DNA of 64,000 nucleotides from Amphiscolops sp. MND2022 (Eukaryota), in NCBI GenBank assembly GCA_964187785.1, contig OZ076409.1, positions 27,778,001-27,842,000 on the forward strand, written 5' to 3'. The position numbers were made by a program, and so were the translations under genes. The notes under the pieces are model-generated. The model saw nothing but the letters and a program-made list of their open reading frames with translations. It did no database searches and was not told where the DNA came from. Position 1 is the first letter of the stretch; every line of letters starts with the position of its first letter. Below are positions 1 through 13,029 of this stretch, piece by piece.

Positions 1-735
1 TAGCACGCTTGGTTGGTGTCACATCCTTGAAAGCGGACTTGTTCGTAATACCCGCATTAGCAACGCCTAAAAAACAAAAGACAACTTCAATACCACGAAT
101 CCCCTGCGAAAATGCCATAGACCAACGAAAATGAAAACTACAACAAACCGTCTTTCTCTTGGGAGGGGGCATCAGCCTCACCTGCGTGAGGCTCTCCAGA
201 CTCAGCCGCAGCAGCAGGGAAACCAAGCGCGGCCAACTCATCAGCCACACTTTGAGATACCATGGCAGAAGTGGTAGGAATCTGAGAAGAAGAAGGAGCT
301 GGATTAGAACCCTCCAGCAAGACTGCGGCTAACATCTCATTAATAGTGGCCAGAGCAGGACTCAATGGAACAGTGGAAAGCACCGAGGAAACCGGTGGCA
401 GCACGTTGGAAGACCCAGGTGTAACCTCCTTGCTCACAGTAGTAGGGTCTAACATCACGACCCCGGGAGTAGCAGAGGAAGAAGCAGGTTGAGCCACTGA
501 AAATCAAGATCTGATTTGACGCGTCAGAGTTACAGGTAAGACTACAAAAGGCTGATCACCAAAAGAGTGGTCCTATTACCTACGAAAGTCAGAAAGATTT
601 TTACCAACCTGAAACGGAAAACATATTTTCTCCCTCCGAAGCTATGACGTCTTTATCAGAGTAGCAATAATTCGTCTCATAGCCACTTTGAAAGCCGGCA
701 GCCTGAGCATCAAGGGAATTGACTTCTTTCTCCAT
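1..735 (-). CDS. Putative spliced gene of unknown function (S/A/P/V-rich, low complexity); exons 735-609, 496-149, 66-<1; runs off the window start
   Basis: ATG at 735. Phase-1 GT-AG introns 608-497 (gttggt...tttcag) and 148-67 (gtttgt...ttttag) join the ORF-track pieces in frame: MEKEVNSLDA...MFSVS-V-AQPASS...QEKD-G-VANAGITNKSAFKD. No family recognised. Confidence 0.5.
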
Positions 736-939
736 GACGGAAGAACTGAGGAGCAATTTCCAACGCAATCTAGAAAAAAATGGAAAATTAAAGAAATAGG
801 AAATCAAAGGAAAACACCATCTCCTACATTTAACCTAAACCTAACGGAGAGTTGGCAGAGCTATGCCTCTCCCAAATGAACAAATCAAAAGATAACTCCA
901 ATTGTCTAAACGCCCTAAAAGAGAACAAATCACTTCCTA

Positions 940-1100
940 GTCCATGACGTCACACGGATCATCATCGGAAAGAAGCTGGTGACGCCATGATGAAGTTCAA
1001 TTTTAGAAACTTTTACGGATCAGCCAATCACAGCGCAGATGGAAACGAAACGTTTTCCGAAAGCAAAACGAACTGGAATGAAAGAAAAATAACAGCCAAT
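940..1100. promoter_or_regulatory. Possible bidirectional promoter between the divergent ORFs
   Basis: TGACGTCA at ~945 and AGCCAAT boxes at ~1022 and ~1094, lying between two divergent reading frames. Confidence 0.3.
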
Positions 1101-1200
1101 GAGAATGCAGGAAAATCACGAACGGAAGAAAGTTAACCTCTTCACTTGCCGCATTCTAAACGTAAAGATAAGTCAGCTTGTAATAATCAGAAACTTTAAA

Positions 1201-1935
1201 ATGAATAACTACGACTTAGTTATCGATATCTCCTCCGACGAAGAAGAACGGGATAGCAACGTGAGACAGAGCACCCCGATCAAAATACTCCCGCTTAATG
1301 TGATAACAACACTGGATCTTTCCGGGTCTTCCTTGGAGGCTACTAAAGGCAGCACAGAAGAAATGATGTCATCTATTAATGACCTTAATTTGTCGAACAC
1401 TTCGGCATCTACTTTTGAAACAATCGGCACGCCGAGAAAAATAACTTTTGGGACAACAAGCCCAGGAGAAGTGTTCACAGTAGAAGAGCAAGACGCAGAA
1501 ACTTCCAGGGAAAGTTATTTCGAAGAGCCGGAAACTCCCCGCCAGCTGCCCCCACTACAACCAGCCCCAGTCTTACGAGACATAACGAACGAAGACTCTA
1601 CAGCGAGCGAGCCTCCTACGAAGCTTGACCGCCTAGATGATCTGTCAGCGCTTCCCGTGGAAGAAATAGAGAACGCATATGGAATCAACCTACAAAGCAG
1701 CCGAGAGTGCAGTCCGTTGTGCGGACGGGGAACACGCTATACTTCTACAAAACTGGCAAGAGCACGGAAGCAACCAGTACTGATCACCAGGGAGATTCCA
1801 CACTGCCCCAGACCGTGGTCAACAGGCTATAGGGGCGCCCTGTCACGACCCGCTCCCGGTCGGGATTTCACTTGCTGTGGAGGAATTCCGCAATTCTCAC
1901 GAGGAAAGGGCCATGGCAGAGCCATACAACACTAA
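1201..1935 (+). CDS. Uncharacterised, probably disordered protein with an N-terminal SIM-like motif; the C-terminus runs into LTR-like repeat family A
   Basis: Open 244 codons from ATG 1201 (aaaATG; upstream in-frame ATG at 1099). Contains LVIDISSDEEE. The C-terminal peptide is conserved in a second repeat copy near 11.3 kb. Confidence 0.45.
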   Translation: MNNYDLVIDISSDEEERDSNVRQSTPIKILPLNVITTLDLSGSSLEATKGSTEEMMSSINDLNLSNTSASTFETIGTPRKITFGTTSPGEVFTVEEQDAETSRESYFEEPETPRQLPPLQPAPVLRDITNEDSTASEPPTKLDRLDDLSALPVEEIENAYGINLQSSRECSPLCGRGTRYTSTKLARARKQPVLITREIPHCPRPWSTGYRGALSRPAPGRDFTCCGGIPQFSRGKGHGRAIQH

Positions 1936-2703
1936 GTAAACTATATTCTATTTAATGTCTTACCTTTTATCAGCAGCACGAATTAAGTTTAGCGGAAGCG
2001 TAACGTAAGATATCCAAAAATGATTTTAGACAAAAGAGAATTTCCGGTTTAATGATTTCACGCGCAATTGTTTTATCACTTCCGGTTTTTACTGATGAAT
2101 ATTCCATGCCAATCTAAATATCAAAAAGGAAACATTCTTAACATAGGGATCAGTTTTCTCCTCTCCACACAAAAATGAAAACATTAAAACATTATTTAAT
2201 TCCGTGATCCCAACGGAACGCATGTGATCTAAAATGAAAGGAACATAGAAATAATTTAGTGGATTTGTTCTCAAAGTCTGAAGTAGTTGTAAAAAGCCAT
2301 TCAAATTACAGCCAAGTAATCTGAATAAACCTTTACAACGTTATGACAACGTCACTCAGATAAACAAGCTACTGGTATTTCTAATTTTACGGACCAATAG
2401 CGTCGCTGCTAAGGCCGGCATATTTGCGCTCAAGCTAGTAAGGACCATCCTAGTGACGTCATCAAGAATGAATTTAAAGATGGCGAACTACCCCGTTCTA
2501 GCTCCGCCAGCAGCTAAGAAAGTTATAGCTAATCTTAATACGTACGGGGGGCTTACGGGAAAGATTGAAAATTAATGAAGCTATACCTAATGTTAATACA
2601 TGTAAAACAACTATGGAAAAATCTGAAACCTAGGAACTATTGTAATACATCAAAACATTCCTAAGAACATGTAGAATCGTACTAAAATGTTCAAAACGTC
2701 ACA
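1841..2703 (+). repeat. LTR-like repeat, family A, copy 1
   Basis: Starts TGTCACGACCCGCTC after a G-rich tract. Colinear diverged homology with the reverse complement of 10449-11381 (e.g. ACGGACCAATAGCGTCG, ACAACGTTATGACA). Right boundary (CGTCACA) is tentative. Confidence 0.5.
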
Positions 2704-2849
2704 ATGTTTAGTTTTTTCCTATCCGGATTTTTCCCGTTTAGCAACTAATTGGAACACTCGTGCTGTTGTATTGAAATAAAGGTAAACTATTTGACGAAAG
2801 GCGCTTCTCCCTATTTTCCGAAAGGATTGATTGATATTCTTAATACGTT

Positions 2850-3901
2850 ATGAAAACGCTGTTTCATATAAAGCATCATTTCAATTTTTGTAAAATTGGT
2901 TCATGTAAAATAGATAGAGTATTGTTAAAGGTTTTCTGATTTATAATAATCAGGTTTTGGTGTATGTTCATCGTCTTTTTCAGCATTATTTGTTCCCTCT
3001 CAGATACCTCAGTTCATTAATCCAAAATTCGTCCGAGATATTTCCGTAGCAAATTTTGCTTGTCATACTTTTGTCGCGAGTTGAAAATTTTGCCATTCAT
3101 AAACTGAATCATCGTTCACGCCCGCGTGCTTTCTGCGATGAAGTTTCAACTAGACTTTTATTTTGCCGCCTTTTCCGCGATCAAACCGGAAATAGGATCG
3201 TTGAACAAAAGTGATTTCAACAGGCGCTCCGTAAAAGAGTCGTGACTAGGAATTTTAAATTATGAACAATTAATCAAAGGGCTGAAATGATGAGAATGAT
3301 TAGGCAATTTTTATGAACAAAACGGATTTTTAGGATTCCTAGGAATTTTTAGGTGAGGAACAAATGATGCTGAGAAGGTATATATAGCTATAGATATCAT
3401 GTAAAATAAATCAACTCTCTTGCTTTCATACTATCAACTTGTTCCGTTGTAATAACGAAAACATTTTTCTCTGACGAGTTTACATATTCTCGAAGACCTC
3501 CAGTCTTAAACTTTGAAAGATGACTACGAGAAGCCAAAAAAGAAAAGCAGCCGAGGAATTAGTGTCTACTGAGATTGAAACACCACTCCCTGAGATTAGC
3601 CAAAATGAGAATCCCGTAGCGGGAACGAGTAAATCACCTAGAGTCATTTCTGAAAATCTAGAAGATATTAAAACAACTCTGAGAAAAGAGATCATGTCTG
3701 ATCTTACTAAAATCTTAGCTGAAAACCAAAAGGAGATACTAAAACTAATGGCTCCTCCTGTTAAAAAGCAAACCGTCATAACAGCTGCTGAAGAAACAGA
3801 TTCTGAATCCGAAAACATCCTGGAAAACGCAACTTCAACACCGATCAAAAATAAAATCACTGCGACTACTCGTAAAATTACACCGGTGAATAGTCGTAAC
3901 A
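2850..3901 (+). repeat. LTR-like repeat, family B, copy 1, containing ORF MTTRSQKRKA... (3520-3930)
   Basis: Homologous to the reverse complement of 6101-7190 (shared GTGAGGAACAAATGATGCTGAGAAGGTATATAT and the same ORF). Homology ends at GTCGTAACA (3901). Left boundary is approximate. Confidence 0.6.
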
Positions 3902-5554
3902 GCATTTCAGCTTCAAAATTACGTTACTGAATACTGTATCTTGAAATTAGTTGGGAAAAATTATGTGAAATGTGGTCACGTGGTTTCTTAAAACATCAAT
4001 AAACACCTTTTTCCTCTTACATTTGAAAGCAATTACAAAGCTATGTAAGATAAAAGCTCAAAAAAGTGAAACTAGCTAATGCCAAGAACCAATAACTTCT
4101 CTAGGTAGCAATGGTGACCAGTGTCAAACAATTTCTGACGTCATGCAGTGTTTTATGCCTCAGTGTGTCGCTAGTGTGTGCTGGCACTACTCTGGGACAT
4201 ACTACTGTCGCAATATCGCCCCATCTCAAAGAACAGTTTTCTGTTACCCAGGAGAAAGCCGGATACTTCTTTCTATCCAATTCTATCGCTGGTTTAATAG
4301 GCACTCTAACTTTTGGCTTTCTTTGCGAAGCTGGGAGATCCAATACTTTATGTGTAACTTCAACAATTATAGGTTAGAGGGGTGTGCGGTGATTACTGTA
4401 ATTAACTCATTCTTGTAATGCGACAAATTAACTCTCAAGTTCTTGTAATGCGACAAAATTTTGAAAAAGTGCTGCTGTTGCTAGAAATATGAAATTGAGA
4501 GCTTTTGAATTCCAAATTTTTGCTTTAAAAGAACCATATTAATCCATAAAGAGAATCACATGTATTGTTTTATGCTTGGAAATGTAATGTATGATATTGC
4601 GCCTGTACATGATTCTTGCAATGACTGCTAAATTTTTGCCTCTTTGGTCAAGCTAAATTGGATTTCATCGCACATCCTCTTTCAGGTTTTATTGGGTACT
4701 CCGGTCTAGCCTTTTCCGCGAGCACGCTCCTAGTCTCTCAGAACCTAGCCATGTTTCTCATGTCCTTCACAGTAATAGGTCTGATCATCCCTGGATCTGT
4801 GCTTCCTGGGTACTTCGTGCTAGAAACAGCTGCTCTCGAATCCGGACCAACTCAAATCAGGGATGCTGATACTTTTAGAATCTGAAAAAAAAACGAACGT
4901 TTTGCGTCAAAATTCATAGGTGAAAAAATTAGCTGCCAGTTGCATTTTCCCAGATTGCCATGTTCCAATTTTACATCAACAGTAGTTCTTTCAAAAAATT
5001 CTCAGAGCTCAGAGGGCGTCTTGTAGTAAACAATTTGATACAGTGCACAATGTTGACTAAAACAACTGCGATATCATCTTTCTTCCGAAAAAGTCAATAA
5101 AACTCGGATCGACATTTACGCAGAAAAACATGCGGATCATACCATGTCTTATGAAGTGCTCTATTAATCGAGCTGAGCCGAAAAAAGTTATCATACAAGT
5201 ACAAATTGCGCTGAAGCCGAACTATATTACGAAAATCATCAATACTATGAATTGGGACGGTAAATAACTCGCAGACGTTTTCACAGTAATGAATGGACAA
5301 AAAATCTGATCGTGATTTGCAACGGTAACATACTTCTAGTGCGCTAAAAGCCGGGGAAAGAAAAGCGGAATGACGCGCCACCACAGGTCTAGCGACTAGT
5401 TCACACGACAGTTGAGTGAATAACCACACTTTTAATTCGGTTTTTACGCCTTTCGTGCTCGGAAATTGTTTCAAAAGTTCAGATATTGCATGCTGGGCCG
5501 GGCCGCATGGGAGGGCTTTTTAAACCTCGGCCTCCACCTTGCAACGCAATGTAC

Positions 5555-5835
5555 TTCGGATATAACGTCAAAATTCGGATCTACTGCAATATTTCGGAAT
5601 CTCCGCTTCCTTCCTCTTTAATACAACGCACTTTACTACTAATATAACGTCAAAAGATCGGATATAGCGTGCTAGGGCAAATTGGAGCGTTTTTAAGATC
5701 CGTCTGATTCTTAGCAAAGCGCAATACAGTTCGGATATAGCGTCAAAAAATCGGAAATAGCGAAATATTTTCAATTATCGACCTCCTCTTGAGTGGAACG
5801 CAACTGACTTCGGATACAACGTCAAAAAGTGGGAT
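5555..5835. repeat. About four degenerate tandem units (~85 bp period) with core TTCGGATATA(A/G)CGTCAAAA
   Basis: Core motif visible near 5556, 5642, 5730 and 5809. Confidence 0.55.
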
Positions 5836-6100
5836 AGCATTGAAAAAATATATACATTGGTTGATATATACTGAAAGAAAACCTAATTTCAGGCGAAAAG
5901 AGAACTTTAAAACAGTCTCATGGCGCCAAAAAACGTTAAAGAGGGACCCTTTGTGGTTTTTGAAAATCTGCGAAAAATCAAAAAAAAATCAAAGAACACT
6001 CTTTGGAGACATTAAACAATTTTCGAAACAAAGTCTCAGTGACGAAAAAAATGAAAAAGGACAACCTAGTCTCGTCTTGTCAGGTTTTGTATGTTACGAT

Positions 6101-7190
6101 TGTTGCGACTAATTACCGGTCTAGTTTTGAAAATAGTCGCTTTTGTTTTTATTGGAGTAGATGTTGTATTGGGGAGAACAAGTTCAGAATCAGAAATTTA
6201 TAGATATTGAAGAGTCACTGGTTTTTTGACAACCGGGGCGATTACCTTGAACATCTCCTTTTGGTTCTCAGCTAAGATCTTAGTGAGATCTGAGATAACC
6301 GCTTTCCTTAGAGACGTTGTAATCTCGGGTTTCTCAGATTGAATTTTGGGAGATTTGCTCGATCCTGCTACGTAACTTTTAGTTTGATTATTCTCAGCCG
6401 TAGAGCCCTCGAATTCTCCTGAGGCTAGCTCAGCTACAGCCTTTCGTTTTTGACTTCTAGTTGTCATTTTAGGAAGAAATGCACAAATCTTTGGAATGAG
6501 GTGAATTCTACAAAGAAAAGTATTTTTCACTTTTACGTTTTAACAACGAGAGTTTGGAACGAAATAACATTTGATTGAATAATTCTAAAAAGCCAACATA
6601 TATATACCTTCTCAGCATCATTTGTTCCTCACCTAAAAACTCCTAAGTATCATAAAAAATGGTTTGTTCACAAAAACCCATAATATTTCAAATCATTTCA
6701 GTCCCACGTCATAAAATCAGGTATCGAAATTCCTAGTTCCATTGCCATTCAATAACATTTGTTGAAATCATTTTTGTTCATGCTAGTGCATTTCCTGTTA
6801 GGAGTTGAAATGGCGGCAAAAAATACCCGTTCAATATTTTCATCAACGGAGGCACGCCGGCGTGATCAAGTAGTCAATTTCTAAGTTGACGATTTTGAAA
6901 TTCAAGACAAAAGGATGACACGCTAAAATCGCGACGCGAATGAAACGGAATAAATATTTTGAGTTTGAAATAACCCGAAGTATGAAATTGGAGGAGGAAC
7001 AAATGATGCAAGAACGACACACAATCACAATAAACGTAAAACACCATATACTTGCAAGATTGGAAGCAAAGTTACACAATTTGCATATTGTGTTACAAAT
7101 TTCTCACAAGTTAAAAACAATGAAATGGACTTCATGATTTTTACATGAACTGGAACATATTATAAACGTGAGAACAACGGAAATTAGCAC
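6101..7190 (-). repeat. LTR-like repeat, family B, copy 2 (degenerate MTTRSQKRKA ORF)
   Basis: ORF 6198-6530 aligns with 3520-3930 (SDLTKILAENQKE). Ends GTCGCAACA on the minus strand at 6101. Right boundary is approximate. Confidence 0.6.
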
Positions 7191-7587
7191 AAAACTTCTA
7201 CACATTACATTATTACGATTAATAGTATAATTCATGTAACGGCTCCTTGCACTTATCCTGCGCTGAGGCTTGACAAGCTTTACGCCGCCCTGATCCGTTG
7301 CTTAGTACTAATCTTAGTACTATCCCGTTGCTTTGTACCCTGAACTGTTACTAAACAAATACTGATTTTCTTGTTGGTCCGATGTGACCCGTATGAATCT
7401 CCTGCGATCCCTCTTGCACTTGCTGGGATCCGATATGATCCGTCACACACTTCTCTCACTGTATCTTCACGCGCTCCGACTCTCCAACTATGAGAGTAGC
7501 TACTTGGTCGCTCTAACTCTAGCGAAAAGTTGTGAAGATTGAGAAGTTGATCAATTAGTCTTTTAGTCTTAAGACTCAACTTGACTA

Positions 7588-10318
7588 TAGCAATTCAGTC
7601 GTTCAAATCTCTATCTTATAATGGCATAAACGTGGTTTACAAATCTACAGTAGATGTAAGTCAAAATATGTTGTATAAATAAATGACATTTGAAGCATAA
7701 TATGAAGGTATTGGCTAAGTAAACAAAGGTTGTGGTGGTTTTGGCATGTTGGCCACGTGGGCTCTAAAGCATGTCTACACATTGTAATTATCCTTGATTT
7801 CAACAGTTACATTCTAAAGTGGTCATAATAGTATTAAACAGAGTTTACAATTTCGGTTCAATGACCATGAATATCACACATGAGAGGGATAAAGAAGGTC
7901 ATAGTGGGTGAATGACCGTGAAATTTCGCCGGTGTGTCCGTGTTATGCACCTGCATATGTGTGCCAAATTTCAATTATCTATGGCCAGCAGTCTTCAAGA
8001 AAACCCATTTGGGGGTTTGAAGAATTGCAATAAGAGGATTTTCTTCAAATTTTCATATCAAATTGTAAAAGTTTGAGTCTTGTTTCTCACTCAGCATGTT
8101 CCCAATCGACAGGGTAATCTGCCTTCTGAGGACTGGCGCCAACATTGCCCGCCCTGTTTTTCTCCCGAAAACACTTTTAAAGAACAAGGGTGCCAGTTGC
8201 AAAAATTCACTACTTGAATTTTTAGGTTGACATCAATCGTCATTGTCTTTTTGAGAACTCCATCTTCATAGGCATGTTTGCCAGTTGTTTGTTGTGTTCT
8301 TTCACTGCTGCAGAAAATTTCTAGCCCACAATCCAGTTTGATGACAACAAGGTTGTTTTCCACATGTTCATAGAACACAACAAACTATTTCAAAAAAAAA
8401 TACTTTTCCTCATACCGAGTCAGTTTTCCCAATTATTCCAAACTTCATCATCAATGTCCAACATTCATTGACTTCAATCAATTGCATTTTTGAACATGCT
8501 TGAACTCATTCAACTCAGCTTCAATAATTACTTGAAGTAATTACTTACTAATCAATGTAAGTCGATATCTCAAGCCATTTTTTCAAGCCATATTTGCTCG
8601 TCAAAACTGACTGACCATGGGGGCGATATATCAAAAAGAGTTCGTTGTCTAATCGTTCCATAATCTTGTGTTGGATCTGCTCTTCTTGAAAGGTCGTTGA
8701 ATTATCCATCATCATAATCAGTAGATTAAGAGACTTTTCAACATTACAACGACTGAAGTTCTTCTTTTTGTTTTCAGTGTTCTCTATGCATCCAATGGGA
8801 ATAGATTTGTTTTTTGAACTCAGTCGCTGGTCTACATTTAACTCTTTGCTTACAGGCATGTCGTTTTCATGTTCCATTTGAACGTGGCATAGCTTCTAAT
8901 ACATGGCTCCTTCCTTCCAATCGTCTCGCAGTGCAAATTGCTGCTCATTCACAAACCCAAACTTTTTGTCCGACTCAAAACTTTTCTTTCCTTCTTCAAA
9001 GAATAGAGTACTGGCATAGTACCTGGAACAGCTGCCCTAGTTGTACGTGCTGTAGTAGTTTCTGCACGGTGATAACTTCTGCACACTCTTGCAGCAGTCC
9101 ACGATTCAGAATCAATTCTTCTGATATTCGCTCGCTTGTTGCGAATGCTAAGCTTATATGCTCTTTCCTAGTTTCCATCATTGTATAATTCAATTCCTCT
9201 GTTTGCACTATCGAATGCTGCCTCATGACCAAGTGATTATCTTCTTCCAAAATTTGTTTAGTACCTACCAGGAGGGTTTCTGAATGGAAGTCTTGCCGAC
9301 CATTTTCTACAATGATTGTTTCTGATCAGTTCTGTATACATCACGCTGTGAGGAACTTCGATGTTCCTTTGTTTGCAACTTTCACCTCTGGTTGTGATGT
9401 TGCTCCTTGTCTGCATGCTCCGTTTCCAGTTTGTTTCTTGTCTTTCCGGTCATCCAGCCCAACAGTTTCTGTGGGAGGTTTCGAGTCTCCCATAGATGCG
9501 AAGAAATTTCTTTCGTGAACTAGTTTCACTGCATTCTCTTGCGTCGAATGTGTTGATCTTGCAATATTGAATTTAGCCCCGTTCTCGGCTGTTTATGACT
9601 TGTCGATGCATCCTTTATCTTCCGTGAAACTGTCGACTGATGAGATTCTTTGGAAGCTAGTCCCATGACTGCTCGACGCTTCCGCTATATCTTTCAATTT
9701 CAGCTATTCTAGCTTTACGGGCAAGCTTTTCGTGCAAGTCAGCTATTTCTCTTTGTGTTTCTTCGGTTTCTAGCAATTCAGTTGTTCAAATATCCATCTA
9801 AAATTGGTATAAATCTGGTTTACAATTCTTCAGTAAATATAAGTCAAAAGTTTTTGTATTTATAAATGACGTTCAAAACATAATATGAAGGTATGGCTAA
9901 GTAAACAAACTATGTGGTGTTTTGGGATGTTGGTCAGGTGGCCTCTAAAGCATGTCTACTCAATGTAATTATCATCAATTTCAACAGAGTTACATTCTAA
10001 AGTGGTCATATTGGTACAAAGTTTACAATTTCGGTTCAATTACCTTGAACATCACACATGAGAGGGGTAAAGGGGTTATCGTGGGTGAATGACCTTTAAA
10101 CTTAGCTGGTGTGTCCGTGTTATATACCTGCATATGTGTGCAAATTTGATTCTCCATGGCCAACAGTCTTCGCGAAAACCCATTTAGGGGGGTTTGAAGA
10201 TTTGCAAGGTGAGGATTTTCTTCAAATTTTTATATCAATTTCTAAGAGTTTAAGTCTGGTTTCTCATTCAGCATGTTACCAACCCACGTTATCTGCCTTC
10301 TGATGACTGCCGCCAGCA
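7588..10318 (-). mobile_element. Degenerate, probably non-autonomous LTR retroelement; ~550-bp diverged direct repeats at 7588-8145 and 9771-10318
   Basis: Long colinear direct repeat. On the minus strand the 3' copy begins TGTTGGCGCC directly after a purine-rich tract (GAAAACAGGGCGGGCAA). The interior holds only broken ORFs; no RT recognised. Confidence 0.55.
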
Positions 10319-10448
10319 AATGACTTGCCAAATGAAAAAACGGAAACATTACGTTGTTTCTGCGAGAACATTACACCATAATAGAGGTATGATATTTTGA
10401 TACTACTTTCTGGAAAAAGGAATACACAACGTAAGATAAAAGCAATTT

Positions 10449-11381
10449 TGTCATGACTGTCTAAGTGTGAATCAAGACACCAGTGCTAGGATCACAATTT
10501 TAGTTCTTCCTTAATGCACAGTTTTCTTAAAATGAACCTTAACTTAAAACATTTTAAAGCATCGTTTTTTTAGAGGAATATTTAGGATTTTCAGCTAAAT
10601 TCGACTCCTTCTCGTTACTGTTTTACAATTTGCTCCGTAACGTCTCCGTACATTTTAAGATTAGATTTAGTTGAACAGCGGACAACGGAGAGAAAGAGGA
10701 GAGTGTATGCGTTCATTCTTATTTCCTCAGCTAGTGGCGTCATAAGAAAATCACTCATATTGAACTGAGCGCAAAAACCTCAACTAGGGGACCGACGCTA
10801 TTGGTCCGTGAAACTAGAAACACCAGTAACTAGCCTCGCTGAGCGACGCTGTCATAACGTTGTGATTATTCTCCCAATTTGTTTGAGTGTAATTTAAGTG
10901 AATATTGGCAACTACTTTTTAATGTTGGAAAAACAATCCACTATACTACTCTGTATGTTTGTTTCATTTTAGATCTTATGAATCTCGTTGGGATTACGGA
11001 ATTAAGTTTTATCCTTAATGTTTGTTTTCAGGGTAGAAGAGAAAAACTACATTTTTGATGCGAATTTTCTTTCTTTATTGCTATTTAGACCAGTATGAAA
11101 ATCTCTGAAGAGAATCAGGAAGTAAAAATGATCACTCAGGAATTAATGCCCAACCGGAAGTTTTAGTTAGATCAAAATCATTTCCTAAAATATTCCGTAG
11201 CGTTTACGTAAGTTTTGTTATTTAGAAAATTACCTACAAATTGTTTAGCTGTACTGTAAGTAGAATTAGGTTAATTGTTTACAGTTTCAATGGTACTTGC
11301 CATAACCATGGCCAAATCCCCTCGGAAGCTTTGGAATTCCGGCGCAGCAGGAAAACTGACGATCGCGAGCGGGTCGTGACA
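10449..11381 (-). repeat. LTR-like repeat, family A, copy 2 (solo-LTR-like)
   Basis: Bounded by inverted TGTCATGAC...GTCGTGACA. Homologous to 1841-~2600. No clear TSD. Confidence 0.5.
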
Positions 11382-11651
11382 ACGTTAGATAAAAAAATAA
11401 GAGGTGCCTGTTGGCTTAATTTAGATGACGCGCTTCTGAGGCGTTCGTTTAGTTGGACAAACTGAACAAAAAAATGTCCATGTCAGCGTGAGTCTTGAGA
11501 AAATTACTAGCCACTGCAGTAGTCGGGCACTTTGCTCTTACGCGCCGACTAAAAACGGCAATTTAATCACTGACCTTAGGCATTTTTGTTAATTCATCAG
11601 GTTGACTTTCTAAGATCTTCCAAAGTAAACTTTGTCGGCATTTCAAAACTG

Positions 11652-12212
11652 TTTTTAGTCGGCGCTTTTATATGATAAAACTGCCCGACTATTACAGTCA
11701 CTGTTTTCTTCTCTTTTTTGTTATTCTTCAAGACTGACTCAAATGCGACGAATTTTTGCTTTGTTTCTTCAACCAAACGAATACCTGGGAAACGCATCTA
11801 TGTTATTGCAAAGGGTCCTCCTTTCATTCTTTCCTTTTTTTAACGTAACATGCAAAACCAGGCGGGCCCAAATAGTTGCCCTTACAATTTGGTTTCGGCA
11901 CTGCGCGACTTTTGTATCAGGAATTTTTCAAGGTCTCCAAGAGTCGTCCTTCATTTTTTGGTATTTTGCAACAAATTGGATGTTTAAATTTTAGAAAGCC
12001 TTAAGGGTCTTCGACCTTTTACATTTTGGGCACTAAAAGCCAATTTCGGATCAAAATATTCGAAAACAAGCAAACCCAATTGTTCGAGAATGAAACCTTC
12101 GGGTTTTTGACTGTTTCATGTGAGTATTTGATTAAATAAAGTCCTGATCGCATTTCAAAAACTTCGAATTTTTGAGCCTTGATTGGGGCGCCGACTTGAG
12201 ACATGTCTTGTT
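11652..12212 (+). mobile_element. Helentron-associated (HINE/DINE-1-like) non-autonomous repeat
   Basis: T-run then AGTCGGCGC at the 5' end, inverted GCGCCGACT near the 3' end, terminal CTTGTT. Same family as 29000 and 31779. Confidence 0.5.
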
Positions 12213-13029
12213 CATGTCACGATAGTTTCAATGACTCACGGTAGTTTCTATGGTTAATTATCATTTTTTTCTCACTACCCTAATTTTCACAAAAATGGTA
12301 CTCGAAGTCTCATTGAAGAGCATTTTAAAACTTTTTAAAACTTAAAAGTTTTCTCTGACTTCTGGATCTCCGGATTATAAAATTTGACCTACTTTCAATA
12401 CTAAAATAGCTTCGAATCAATGATATTCTGCTGAGCCAATATTTGTATTTTTATGACTTTCAACTTATTTTTTTGAGAATTCCTGGACTCAGTGAGGTGA
12501 AAATCTCAGTGGCCTCGTGGATCAATGTTTGCATTTGCGTGGGCTATATCATAGGTTAGTGCATCATTGGTGGATGGGTGTACGATAAAGCAGACTTTGT
12601 CTTCAGTTGCCTCTTTGAAGTGTCTCTCTTCTCCCTCGCTTTCATCTCAATCCTTTTCTACATCAAGATACGGAAACCTCCTCAGCCTGAGTCACTGAAT
12701 CGTATTTCTAGAGATGACACTCCTCAGTCATATGATTCCTAATTTATTTAAAATTAATTTTTGTAGCGTTCTCTTTTCCAAGTATGGTAGTTGATCGTGA
12801 AAGAACGGATAAAATGTCTGGAGATCTTTGGTTGTTCATGCCAATCCAGAAATTTGGTCGACAGAATTCTTGCTGTTGCCAATTTTCTGGTAATTTTTCC
12901 ATAAAATTTGCAAAACATTTTTTCCAAGCCGAACATTTTTTCAAAACCAAATGGTACTTTTTGTTTAAACCTTTTGATCAAAAGAGGTACCTTTGGTCTC
13001 CCCTCTACGTTCGCAAGCAAAAAATATTT

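Larger units (their letters stand above)
4111..12742 (+). pseudogene. Decayed MFS-type transporter gene, about 6 TM (resembles an SLC18B1-like C-terminal half); exons 4111-4372, 4686-4845, 12478-12742
   Basis: Hydrophobic exons join in phase (…STII-G-FIGYSG…ALES-G-IPGLSE…). MFS-like segments SPHLKEQFSVTQEKAGYFF and IIGGWVYDKADF. In-frame TAG at 12557-12559. The GT donor after 4845 is missing. Confidence 0.6.
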
